Shown: positions 28,239 to 37,056, numbered from the stretch's first letter. The stretch: 64,000 nt of DNA from a virus (IMGVR_UViG_3300037245_002365), one strand, 5' to 3'. A program made the numbers and translations. Notes: generated by a model from the letters alone, not told the origin.

Positions 28239-28853
28239 TTAGTGTATATTTACTTTAGTGTCATACTGTATTAGGTAGTCACCTAATATAGTTTTTAACA
28301 CCGGCCAATCTTCGATAGCTAACAGACCCATCAGTTCTTCATGAATCAATTTTGTGTCCGTTATGTCTACCCCAATACTGACCGTACCGATCAGTTTTTG
28401 TGCATCATCTAATATAGGACAACGTTGCACATACACGCTGTACTCCTTATCAAGGATTATTCCTTGTTTTACAAAACTTTGCTTTTCGCTTAATGACGTT
28501 GTTTTCTGACAAAGGAGTTTATTTCCCAACTCTTCATCTGTTTTGCCAATCGCATCATGATAATCATCAATTTTCAGAATGCCCTGACACATGGCCTTAT
28601 TAGCGAATGTGTATCTTCTTTCTAGGTCTTTAGCCCAGATAATATGCGGAACCAAATCAATTACTGTCTTAAACAACGCAGATAATTTTTTATATTTGGC
28701 CTTACTTAATAGTAAATCTTCTTCCGCTTTTATTAAAGCCATAGTGAACTGTTTAGTATCACTACCAACTTTTTTCAATTCTTCCAGTCTATCGGTTATT
28801 TTTTTTATGTGTCCGTTTTTTCTAACCGTTTTCTGCACCATTTCTTTGAACAT
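28239..28853 (-). CDS. Stand-alone PAS-domain protein with N-terminal coiled coil
   Basis: VIDLVPHIIWAKDLERRYTFANKA..IGKTDEEL and PILDDAQKLIGTVSIGVDITD (PAS/PAC core); no output domain. Confidence 0.75.
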   Translation of the reverse strand: MFKEMVQKTVRKNGHIKKITDRLEELKKVGSDTKQFTMALIKAEEDLLLSKAKYKKLSALFKTVIDLVPHIIWAKDLERRYTFANKAMCQGILKIDDYHDAIGKTDEELGNKLLCQKTTSLSEKQSFVKQGIILDKEYSVYVQRCPILDDAQKLIGTVSIGVDITDTKLIHEELMGLLAIEDWPVLKTILGDYLIQYDTKVNIH

Positions 28854-29287
28854 TATTTAATCAATCCTGCTATTGGTATATACAAAAATTTCTTCCCACC
28901 AGAATGCTCAATTCTAAATATTCTATCATTTGTTGAAAAGACATAATATTTATTTTTCACTGCTTCTATCAGGGATGCAGGACCAGATTCAATTATCTTA
29001 ACGGTGTTCTTTTGTCCTTTCTTTGAGAAGTATTCTCCTTCAAAAGTCATCCACCTAATATCGTGGTCTCTAGCTCTTCTTATGGTTATGGGATATGCTT
29101 GCCTCAATAAATGTTTATCCGCATTCCAGGAATAAACATTGTCCGACGTTGCTGGGCAATATAACCTTAAATCAAAATGAGTACCATTCTGATTCTTGTG
29201 CATACTATAAGAAAAATCCCAATTAACCTCGTTAATATCAAGGTTAATGTACGAGTATCCCCTCTCGTAATATCTCTCTTTAGCCAA
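28853..29287 (-). CDS. Stand-alone LigD-type 3'-phosphoesterase domain
   Basis: SMHKNQNGTHFDLRL..YSW..DH...FEGE..IIESG parallels the PE domain of the ligase at 31964-33322. Confidence 0.65.
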   Translation of the reverse strand: MAKERYYERGYSYINLDINEVNWDFSYSMHKNQNGTHFDLRLYCPATSDNVYSWNADKHLLRQAYPITIRRARDHDIRWMTFEGEYFSKKGQKNTVKIIESGPASLIEAVKNKYYVFSTNDRIFRIEHSGGKKFLYIPIAGLIK

Positions 29288-29441
29288 CCTCGGAACGGCA
29301 AACTGGATTCATACATACGATCTTTGTCTGCTTGGTTCCGTGTGACGAAAAAACTCTGTTTATTCTTGCCGTACGTTTACGACAAATAGGACAAACAGTG
29401 CTCCTAAAATTTCTAGCTATTGTAGGTTTCTTACGCTTCAT
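29280..29441 (-). CDS. 53-aa Ogr/Delta-like zinc-finger protein missed by the ORF track
   Basis: Hand translation MKRKKPTIARNFRSTVCPICRKRTARINRVFSSHGTKQTKIVCMNPVCRSEVG has exact C-X2-C-X22-C-X4-C spacing. Confidence 0.65.
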   Translation of the reverse strand: MKRKKPTIARNFRSTVCPICRKRTARINRVFSSHGTKQTKIVCMNPVCRSEVG

Positions 29442-29682
29442 TACCTAAGCTTTTATCTAGCTTTTCAATGACAGATGCCGTCTTTCCTATCGCAAATCCT
29501 GCGGCTCCTACACCTATAAGTTTTTTATGTTTCTCTGCTTTTAACAGGGCTTTTCCACCATGTATTATAGCTTTTGATTTAACAATAGATGCCATTGGTT
29601 TTGCCATGGCTGCCACTGCTTTTACAGCGCCTACCATTGGGTGTACGCTTAATTTCTCAAATAATTTTTCTGCTTTATCCAT
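29431..29682 (-). CDS. Small basic protein with shared leader (MDKAEKLFEKLS)
   Basis: Leader plus amphipathic A/G/K-rich body. Confidence 0.65.
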   Translation of the reverse strand: MDKAEKLFEKLSVHPMVGAVKAVAAMAKPMASIVKSKAIIHGGKALLKAEKHKKLIGVGAAGFAIGKTASVIEKLDKSLGNEA

Positions 29683-29697
29683 TATATTCCTTATAAT

Positions 29698-29868
29698 TTA
29701 TTTGTTGTATCTTCTGCATATAGCGGTTTTAACTTCAGAGTGTCTTACTTCCTTGTTGCCTGCTCCGCACATACATTGTTTAAGATTAGCACTTCTTCTT
29801 GTTGGGAAGGACATCGTTTCAGATGCGTGTACTGCTATTTTTTCAAATAATCTCTCTGCTTTATTCAT
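29698..29868 (-). CDS. 56-aa protein with shared leader (MNKAERLFEKIA), missed by the ORF track
   Basis: Hand-translated; TAATG-coupled to the upstream ORF at 29868. Confidence 0.65.
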   Translation of the reverse strand: MNKAERLFEKIAVHASETMSFPTRRSANLKQCMCGAGNKEVRHSEVKTAICRRYNK

Positions 29869-30107
29869 TACTCCATTTCCTCGTAGTAAGTATCTAATAT
29901 ATGTCTAATGTATGCATCGTTCGCTGGAATGTGTGGTAGGAACTCTCCTATCTTTTCCAGGTCTTCATTGTAGAAGATGACATTATCGCCTTCTCCTGAT
30001 ACTATATGATCTACAGTTCCGCCATACTCTGCTTCAATAAAATCAGCTACATAACTGGCTGTCTTTGTGTGCTCCGGTGTTCCTGAATGTTCAATAAGGA
30101 CGTACAT
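29868..30107 (-). CDS. Small acidic hypothetical protein
   Basis: TAATG coupling on both sides. Confidence 0.55.
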   Translation of the reverse strand: MYVLIEHSGTPEHTKTASYVADFIEAEYGGTVDHIVSGEGDNVIFYNEDLEKIGEFLPHIPANDAYIRHILDTYYEEME

Positions 30108-30580
30108 TAATTGTTGATGGTTACTGTTGAGTCATTAATTGTTAAAATAACCCTATTTGTTTTGTCTGCTGGTATTTCGTTGTCACCAGTAGTTTGAAAT
30201 CTTTTTCTTTGCCAATCAGGTTTAACCCTATTTCTCATCTGTGCTTCGTATATATCGTTCTTACCAAACATTGGAAAATACTCATGTTCCATCCATGAGT
30301 ACCATGAGTGTCCTGGGTCTCTTTGACCTGCTGTTTTTTCTAGGTTTTCCTTTTCTAAATATATAGCAACTTTATATAATATAGACATAGCAATTTTTTC
30401 AGGAAGCTCTTTATGTTTTGTTTTAGCAAAATCATCTACTTGTTTAGCAGTCATGCTCTCTGCAGCACTTTTAATTTTTTTAACGAACTCGGGTGATAGG
30501 TTGGAGGTGTCTAGCTTACCGTCTTGATATGCACTAGCCATTCCGAAAAATTTCTGCTGTTTTTTACTAACACTTGGCAT
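30107..30580 (-). CDS. Hypothetical protein, DUF3008-like N-terminus
   Basis: MPSVSKKQQKFFGMA start; internal EKIA and EKTA sites. Confidence 0.55.
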   Translation of the reverse strand: MPSVSKKQQKFFGMASAYQDGKLDTSNLSPEFVKKIKSAAESMTAKQVDDFAKTKHKELPEKIAMSILYKVAIYLEKENLEKTAGQRDPGHSWYSWMEHEYFPMFGKNDIYEAQMRNRVKPDWQRKRFQTTGDNEIPADKTNRVILTINDSTVTINN

Positions 30581-30643
30581 TAGTCTTTCCTATATAATTT
30601 TTATTTAATTCACTTAATTTTAGTAACCATATCTCCATATTTG

Positions 30644-30672
30644 AATATAGTCCTTAAATTTGATCTTGTCAA
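30644..30672 (-). promoter_or_regulatory. Sigma70-type promoter TTGACA-N17-TATATT
   Basis: The -35 box overlaps the stop of the upstream 431-aa ORF. Confidence 0.75.
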
Positions 30673-31964
30673 GTTCTATTACTCATGTAGTCTCTTAGTT
30701 CATCAGACACTGTAAGAGTATCTTTTTTATTCTCGAACCATTGATTAATAGTCGGAAACTTCGTGTTGGAAACACGATAGTGCATAGTTCTATTTACACT
30801 ATACCAATCTGCTATTGCCTCTAATTGGTTCTTCATTGGTTGATGCTTTTGAATTTTATGGTAATGGTGTGGGTTGCGTCTGTAGTGCTTTTCAGCAGCA
30901 TCACGAAATCTTTGTTTCACTGCCGGATTATGTGTACCAGTTTTACCTTCTGGGCCGAACCAGTAATCTACATATGGTTTCCATTCTGTTGGTTTAAATT
31001 TTGACATATCGTGAGCCAGCAACGTAGTGGTTGGTACACCTATTTCTCTACCTGCTTTCAGAACATTAAATTTGTGAGAACTTATATATTTAAGATAGGC
31101 CATGTGATCGCCTATACTTGAGCGTTTTCTTTTTGCAGCGTATTTAATTAAGGATGTAGGACGGCCTGATCCTTGTCTCATGAGTTCCCAAAGTGTCTTC
31201 ATCTTTGGGTGATCTGGTTGGTAACGAGTTCCCATGGAAGCGTTATATTCTCTAGCGAATCTTTTCTTATCTTTTTTGGTTGCCTCTCTCCATTTTTTAG
31301 TTGCAACAAGTGCAGTTAAGAACATGGTAAATTTGGGTAAGAAGCCGGATCGGCTTCTTGTACGGTCATTGCCCGCTTCATCTTTACTTTTCTTATCTCT
31401 ACCAAACAGGTATGAGATAGCGCCAAGACCAATCACTAAAGGAGAGGTAGCCACTCCAGTTGTTTTTGCAGATGATGGTGTTTGCTGGAATCTTTCCACG
31501 AACGCCAAGTTTTCTTGAGGAGACGTTCTTCGAGCGAACGATGCTGGATGAAATCCTAATTTAGTAAACATTGCTTGTTTTTGTACTCCTGTATAATGTC
31601 CATATGTAGCTCCACCTGAAGTGCCCATTATTCCTGCTGCAAAGAATGGTTTTTGTGCTTTTGCGATGGCTTTAAGTCCTGATTTATATCGTTTCGCCTT
31701 GAGTAAGGCTAATGCCTTACCCTGTCTGGAAATATATTGGCCCATACCCTTTTTGCCTTTTAGGGCTACTGCTGTTCCCATAGACAGTGCCCAACCAGCA
31801 TATGAAGTTCCAGCACTCCGTGCTGCTACAGCAGACCCTTTCTTTGGAGCTAATGCTTTTGAGATTGGTGCATGCCACGGTCCCGGAACGAATGCACCGG
31901 GAACTGCAACTGCACCAACGATGATCGCATCTGCTAGAGTTCTTATTTTATTTTGTTCAGCCAT
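30669..31964 (-). CDS. Multi-segment protein: amphipathic basic N-terminal blocks plus a C-terminal HD-like (DUF5662-type) domain
   Basis: C-terminus HK..V...LLAHDMSKF...E...Y...F...HYRRNPHH...AIADW. Confidence 0.6.
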   Translation of the reverse strand: MAEQNKIRTLADAIIVGAVAVPGAFVPGPWHAPISKALAPKKGSAVAARSAGTSYAGWALSMGTAVALKGKKGMGQYISRQGKALALLKAKRYKSGLKAIAKAQKPFFAAGIMGTSGGATYGHYTGVQKQAMFTKLGFHPASFARRTSPQENLAFVERFQQTPSSAKTTGVATSPLVIGLGAISYLFGRDKKSKDEAGNDRTRSRSGFLPKFTMFLTALVATKKWREATKKDKKRFAREYNASMGTRYQPDHPKMKTLWELMRQGSGRPTSLIKYAAKRKRSSIGDHMAYLKYISSHKFNVLKAGREIGVPTTTLLAHDMSKFKPTEWKPYVDYWFGPEGKTGTHNPAVKQRFRDAAEKHYRRNPHHYHKIQKHQPMKNQLEAIADWYSVNRTMHYRVSNTKFPTINQWFENKKDTLTVSDELRDYMSNRT

Positions 31965-33322
31965 TACTTACCACTTCTGTATTTTTCAAATCTTCTTCCT
32001 AGATAAACCGGCTTTCCAATTTTTCCTGATACGTGTTTTTCGTATCCTTTAATCTTTGCCCACTGCCCGATGTAGTCCTCAGGACTACTGTATGCAAGTT
32101 TTCTTTCAACGTCTGATAAACCACTGCCAACTTTAAATGTTACTGATTGGTCATACTCAGGTCTTACTACAAATCCGCCTATTCCCTTACCATGGTATTT
32201 CGAGGCTGGGTCAGCTTTGAAAGTTCCTATGATTCTCACATCATAGTCTTCGTGCATCTTTGCTTTAACTGGTACAGATTTATCAAGGTTATAAAGAACA
32301 ACGCCTTCCGTTGTTTCAGGGTGGTGTTTGTTTTTGATTTCTCGTAACAACCTCTCTTTCTGCACGGGCGTGTGCGCTAATTCAGGAAGTTTCAATTGTG
32401 GGATAGCCCTATTAATCTCTTTTAACATTAATAGTTTTTCTGCATAGGGTTTATCCTCAACGTGCTTGCCCTTAAAACGTACGACATCAAAAATCATATT
32501 CTTCAACTTGCCCGTCATGGTAAGTTGCTTCTCTCTAGATTTCCAAACATCTGTATTCAATAACCCTGCGGTTATTGCAGCCGACTGTCTCGGCAGGTAT
32601 AGTTCTGATCTTATAACCGTATTCCCGAGTTCCTTTGGACCTCTCAGTTTATATAAATCAGTTCTATATGTGTGATCAATTCTTTCCGGACGTTTCTTGC
32701 TTAATCGGTATGAGTAAACGTCAAGACGTTTATTCGGTCTTATAGAGATTGTAGTATGAGCACCGTCTGCTTTAGGTGCTATGACCTGACTGGTATCAGT
32801 TAGGTCAATTTTGCCAATCTCCATATGCTTCATCTTCGGCTTATAGTCTGGAATATTTGGGTCTTTAACTTTTGTGTAATTAAACAAAAGCCACTGCTTT
32901 CCACTCGTTCGCGTAAGCAAATATCTGGTTACCTTTTGCCCAGGACCATATGCATTGAATGTTATTCTATCTGGTGTTGAATCCAACACCTCAATCTTAT
33001 CAAAAATCTTTGAGCGAACTTTGCCCGCTCCATATCCACTTTCTATGACACCTGACCAACCCATATAATCTTTCGAGTGAGTTGGTTGTTCTATGGCCAA
33101 AACTTTCTGACCAGAAGCCGGTAGACTTCTGAGCGCCCACGAATAAGCGTGGTTCGTGTTTGGGTCATTTAAGCGCAGGTCAAAATGTTTGCCTGCCCTC
33201 TTTGCATCGTGTTGCTGAACATTAAGAGACCATTCAGTCTCTTTAGTGCTAGGCATCCTTTTAAAAATTGTCTTATCAGGGATGCCCAAAATTGCTTGCG
33301 CTATTTTCAGCATTGATTGCAT
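31964..33322 (-). CDS. ATP-dependent DNA ligase fused to an N-terminal LigD-type 3'-phosphoesterase
   Basis: PE: VQQHDAKRAGKHFDLRL..SWA..H..GYGAGKV. Ligase: motif I KADG, FDV, EGVVL, K.K, OB-fold FKVGSGLSD. Confidence 0.85.
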   Translation of the reverse strand: MQSMLKIAQAILGIPDKTIFKRMPSTKETEWSLNVQQHDAKRAGKHFDLRLNDPNTNHAYSWALRSLPASGQKVLAIEQPTHSKDYMGWSGVIESGYGAGKVRSKIFDKIEVLDSTPDRITFNAYGPGQKVTRYLLTRTSGKQWLLFNYTKVKDPNIPDYKPKMKHMEIGKIDLTDTSQVIAPKADGAHTTISIRPNKRLDVYSYRLSKKRPERIDHTYRTDLYKLRGPKELGNTVIRSELYLPRQSAAITAGLLNTDVWKSREKQLTMTGKLKNMIFDVVRFKGKHVEDKPYAEKLLMLKEINRAIPQLKLPELAHTPVQKERLLREIKNKHHPETTEGVVLYNLDKSVPVKAKMHEDYDVRIIGTFKADPASKYHGKGIGGFVVRPEYDQSVTFKVGSGLSDVERKLAYSSPEDYIGQWAKIKGYEKHVSGKIGKPVYLGRRFEKYRSGK

Positions 33323-33609
33323 TATTTTTTTGCAAGGTTCTCTAAAAGAATTCTAGCTACACTTGCATGCTTTTCTTGTTTCATGCCTTTTGCAATAACT
33401 ATTGAAGTCGATGCTAATGCGGCTGCTCCGGTAAGCAATTTAGCTTTACCAGACATACCTTTTAATTTAGTAGCTGCTGATCCAGCAACATTCTTTACTT
33501 TGCGTGCTGCTCTTGTTCCAAGAGTTTCGGCGTTCTCTAATTTTTGTGATACGAGTTTACTGTGATCCACAGGTTGCTCATAAAAAGCTATTTTTTCTAA
33601 TAAAGTCAT
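33322..33609 (-). CDS. Small basic protein starting MTLLEKIA
   Basis: SD AGGAG; coupled to the ligase by TAATG. Confidence 0.6.
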   Translation of the reverse strand: MTLLEKIAFYEQPVDHSKLVSQKLENAETLGTRAARKVKNVAGSAATKLKGMSGKAKLLTGAAALASTSIVIAKGMKQEKHASVARILLENLAKK

Positions 33610-33628
33610 TTGTTCTCCTTTTTGGGTT

Positions 33629-34702
33629 TTATAAAATTTTCTCTACATTACCTTGTAGAAATGTTCTGAGGTATAATAACCCCGTTAAGTCGTCATTGAT
33701 TGTGGTAGCCATATTATCTTCTTCTCTAGAATCTAAGCTTATTGGGTTACCAGGGTCTATATTATATGCTAAAGAAGTAAACGTGTTTACACCATCATCT
33801 AATTCAGCTATAAGATCAAATCCAAGTTGATATAGATCAGAAAATTGACGTACTGTTGTAGTAAACGACTGTGATCCACCAGATGTTGTAGCGAAATTTA
33901 GTCCTACTGGCAATGTCGCAAGATCACCAATTTTATCAAATGATGACCCTCCAGTATAAACATCCGCTATTGTTATTATAAATTTAGTAACGTGAAATTT
34001 AGTACCTTTTGCTGGTCGTGCAATAAAAGGTTCTCCTATTCCAGAAGTTTCCTCAAGCTGAAGTTCATCAATATAAAACTTCGGGCCTGGACCATCTCTA
34101 GTAATAATCTCAATTCTCCATGCATCAACTGAACCTAAGGACGCACTCTCGAAGTCTACCATAGGTATTAAAATTTTGTGCCATACACCAAAACTACCCC
34201 AACTAAAGTAATTTCGTAAAGAGACATCATTGCCAATCTTGAGTTCCGTTCCAGTATCATATGCATATATACGAATATCATCATCAGCCGACCATTCCTT
34301 ATCAACATAGATTCTAACTGAAAGAGCCTCATAATTATTTGGGGTAACCCCTCCCGCATCATAAAATTGTACTATATCATTAGTCGCGGCATTATTAATT
34401 AAAACACTTTTAGTTCCAGAGTATGCTTGATCCTCACTATTAAATGTAGCGGCATTACCAACTATACTCGAACCTGTCCAAAGATCAGCATCCGTTCCAT
34501 CGTGGATTGGAAAAGGTGTTCCACCTGTGCTGGCATCTTGATTCATGTCTAGACCATACCTGCTACTTAAGAATGGAATTATAAAATTCTCTAGTTGCTT
34601 TAATGGTCTAGTCGCTACAACTAAAGCGTTTGGCTCTGTACCGTCAACTACCTCTGCTAGTAACCCTGTTCTTGGATCTTGTATTTGAACCTTTAAGGAC
34701 AT
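33629..34702 (-). CDS. Beta-rich protein with possible carbohydrate-binding module (virion accessory)
   Basis: IHDGTDADLW..SEDQAYSGTKS..L.VRIY..W.K.LIP..DF..FYIDELQLE jelly-roll-like pattern. Confidence 0.5.
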   Translation of the reverse strand: MSLKVQIQDPRTGLLAEVVDGTEPNALVVATRPLKQLENFIIPFLSSRYGLDMNQDASTGGTPFPIHDGTDADLWTGSSIVGNAATFNSEDQAYSGTKSVLINNAATNDIVQFYDAGGVTPNNYEALSVRIYVDKEWSADDDIRIYAYDTGTELKIGNDVSLRNYFSWGSFGVWHKILIPMVDFESASLGSVDAWRIEIITRDGPGPKFYIDELQLEETSGIGEPFIARPAKGTKFHVTKFIITIADVYTGGSSFDKIGDLATLPVGLNFATTSGGSQSFTTTVRQFSDLYQLGFDLIAELDDGVNTFTSLAYNIDPGNPISLDSREEDNMATTINDDLTGLLYLRTFLQGNVEKIL

Positions 34703-34703
34703 A

Positions 34704-35258
34704 TTATCCTATAGAGTGATAATTGAATACCATTATTCCTGATATTTCTGTTGTACCTGTTTGAGCATATATAGTTATTGCTCTGTTTTTTGGCAATATA
34801 ATGTCTTGGTTAAAATTCCAAAATATACTGCCCACGCTCGATGCATGATAAATTCTATGACTTACTTGTCCACCAGTTAAGCCCGTGATATCAACGCCGT
34901 TTTGAAAAGCCCCTAACGCCGTTTTACCGCTACCACCATTTAAGTTCACTGGTGTTATATCCGTTCCCCCGGCCACAGTTCCAGTGTCACCAATCTTAAT
35001 TTCTAAATATTCATTAGCTTCTAGTTTAATCCAAAACCCTTCAAGTACCATATCAATTTCAGCCGTATTTTTAATATAAAGAAAACAATCGCCTGGTCCA
35101 GTAGGTGTGGCTGTAAATAATAAATTATAAGACTCGCCTTTAGTATGGTTTACAAAGTGTTCAACACTCTGTTCAACAGCGCTAACTTGAAACCTATTGT
35201 CAGAATTTACACCTGCGGTTAATCCCGATCCCTTTCCGTCTACAATTTCAAATCCCAT
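34704..35258 (-). CDS. Beta-rich virion accessory protein, paralog A
   Basis: N-terminus IVDGKGSGLTAGVNSDNRFQV is shared with the neighbouring ORF. Confidence 0.55.
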   Translation of the reverse strand: MGFEIVDGKGSGLTAGVNSDNRFQVSAVEQSVEHFVNHTKGESYNLLFTATPTGPGDCFLYIKNTAEIDMVLEGFWIKLEANEYLEIKIGDTGTVAGGTDITPVNLNGGSGKTALGAFQNGVDITGLTGGQVSHRIYHASSVGSIFWNFNQDIILPKNRAITIYAQTGTTEISGIMVFNYHSIG

Positions 35259-35262
35259 TTTT

Positions 35263-35856
35263 TTATCCTCTGTTTATCGTTTCCATTAGGAAAGATAGCC
35301 TAGTATATATTGTACCGCTTGTTTGGTTACCAATATAACTTAATTCTATTGTTTGATTTGGTGGAACTATCAACGCACCCTCTTTATTGAAAGCGTTCAT
35401 ATCGCCTTCAGATTTTGTGTACCATCTGTCAATTTCGTTGGCAATTCCCCCTAATGTAGGGTTTCCTTGTATTGCAACCACTTCAGCGGTGTTTCCACTT
35501 CCCGCAAATACATTTACTGCCACTGCTGTAGCGCCATTACTTACGTATGTTCTTCCCCATGATAAACTAAAATAATTGCCGGGGTTGGGTATTGTGGTTC
35601 CTCCGGATGGATTAATTACTTGATGTCTAATGTACGTGGCAATTAAATTTTTATCGTGTGATGCATTCCTTACATGTAAAGCTGTTACAGTTCCACTAGA
35701 CATTGTGGTTAAACCAATTACTTGGTATGCCTGCTCAAAGTCTTTACTAATTAAATGTTGTAAAGATTCTGATTTAGAAACTACTTTTAGTCTCCCATCA
35801 ATATCTACTTGTGCTAATTGACCGCTTCCTCCGCCGTCCCTAATTGTTTCAGGCAT
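35263..35856 (-). CDS. Beta-rich virion accessory protein, paralog B
   Basis: N-terminus IRDGGGSGQLAQVDIDGRLKV; similar overall layout to paralog A. Confidence 0.55.
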   Translation of the reverse strand: MPETIRDGGGSGQLAQVDIDGRLKVVSKSESLQHLISKDFEQAYQVIGLTTMSSGTVTALHVRNASHDKNLIATYIRHQVINPSGGTTIPNPGNYFSLSWGRTYVSNGATAVAVNVFAGSGNTAEVVAIQGNPTLGGIANEIDRWYTKSEGDMNAFNKEGALIVPPNQTIELSYIGNQTSGTIYTRLSFLMETINRG

Positions 35857-36050
35857 TATTCTACCTCCTGTCTAGTGATGTTTTCGTTTGTAACTATAGA
35901 TAAATGCAAGTTCATTATTTTTAATTCTTTTGCAATATCTGCTAATGCGTCTAACATTAAGTAACCTTGTACTTCCAATTCCGCTAAAATTTCTACTGAA
36001 GTTCTAGCGTCGTCTTCTACCGCTTCTCGTATTTCTCCTAGGTGAGCCAT
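35856..36050 (-). CDS. Small acidic hypothetical protein
   Basis: TAATG-coupled. Confidence 0.5.
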   Translation of the reverse strand: MAHLGEIREAVEDDARTSVEILAELEVQGYLMLDALADIAKELKIMNLHLSIVTNENITRQEVE

Positions 36051-36466
36051 TAGTGGTTACCTTGTCCTAAAATAAAGTCTTCTGCGGCTTCATCCATTAT
36101 TGTTTCTGTGAGCCTTGTTCTGCTGTGATTTTTACGCCAATTGGCATTTCTAATCTTTTGTTTCTTTTGCTCTAAATTCTTTACAGCTTCTTGTAATAGT
36201 GATTTTTGTTGTGCTTCAGACAACTTTTCTAATCCATGCATCTTTAAGTATTTTTCCACTGGTATTGCCATTGCCTTGGCATCATCTAAATGACTGTTAA
36301 GTTTTTTAATTGCCTCTGGAAGAAAACCACCCATTTTAGGCTCCTTCATAATCGCTTCTACTTGTGGCACACTAATTTTATTACCGTGCGCCCTCCTAAT
36401 AGTGGCCCTCGCTGCATTAGCAATACTAGTGTATATAACAGGACTTTTAGGATTTGGTATACGCAT
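36050..36466 (-). CDS. Hypothetical protein
   Basis: TAATG-coupled, 138 aa. Confidence 0.55.
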   Translation of the reverse strand: MRIPNPKSPVIYTSIANAARATIRRAHGNKISVPQVEAIMKEPKMGGFLPEAIKKLNSHLDDAKAMAIPVEKYLKMHGLEKLSEAQQKSLLQEAVKNLEQKKQKIRNANWRKNHSRTRLTETIMDEAAEDFILGQGNH

Positions 36467-36687
36467 TATTTACCAACATTCAGTCTTGCAAAATCATTAG
36501 ATGACTTTGCGCTTGTAGCTGCTGCTCTAGGCTTTGGTAGAACCTTACTAGTTTCTTTCATAGTTTGAAGCGACATCTGGGGTGCTTTTGTTGCCATCTG
36601 CTTTATAGTTTTAGCGCCCCCACCAATAAAGTTGGGTGCTTTTCCAAATGCCGCTAATTTATCAAATAAAGCTTCTGCTTTACTCAT
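36466..36687 (-). CDS. Small basic protein with shared leader (MSKAEALFDKLA)
   Basis: Leader motif. Confidence 0.65.
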   Translation of the reverse strand: MSKAEALFDKLAAFGKAPNFIGGGAKTIKQMATKAPQMSLQTMKETSKVLPKPRAAATSAKSSNDFARLNVGK

Positions 36688-36690
36688 TGG

Positions 36691-36894
36691 TTACTTTCCG
36701 GCCGGTGTACTATACTTGCCGTAGTTGTTTGGTAGTTGTCCACTGAAGAACTTACCACCTACTACATTATTGGTCTGCATATTTACGTCGCTTCCCTGTG
36801 GGGTAGCTGCATATTCGTCATAATTTGATTCTAGATGATTTGCATCCAGTGCTATCATAGCTAGTTTCTCAAAAATTGCTTCTGCTTTATCCAT
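36691..36894 (-). CDS. Small protein with shared leader (MDKAEAIFEKLA)
   Basis: Leader motif; first gene after the promoter. Confidence 0.65.
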   Translation of the reverse strand: MDKAEAIFEKLAMIALDANHLESNYDEYAATPQGSDVNMQTNNVVGGKFFSGQLPNNYGKYSTPAGK

Positions 36895-36968
36895 TGTATT
36901 AGATTCCTCTTTTAATTTAAATTAACTGTACTACATGCTACGTGCACACATAGTACACCATGTACTTT

Positions 36969-36997
36969 AATATACTATAAGAAGGATATGTTGTCAA
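36969..36997 (-). promoter_or_regulatory. Sigma70-type promoter TTGACA-N17-TATATT
   Basis: At the strand switch, divergent from the GGTATAAGAA site at 37047. Confidence 0.8.
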
Positions 36998-37046
36998 CCT
37001 ATTTATCGTCGAAGGGCCTTTTTTGGTGTGTTTTTAAGCTATTTGA

Positions 37047-37056
37047 GGTATAAGAA
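37047..37056 (+). promoter_or_regulatory. GGTATAAGAA motif (putative early promoter element), copy 1
   Basis: Exact 10-mer, intergenic, upstream of a plus-strand gene. Confidence 0.7.
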
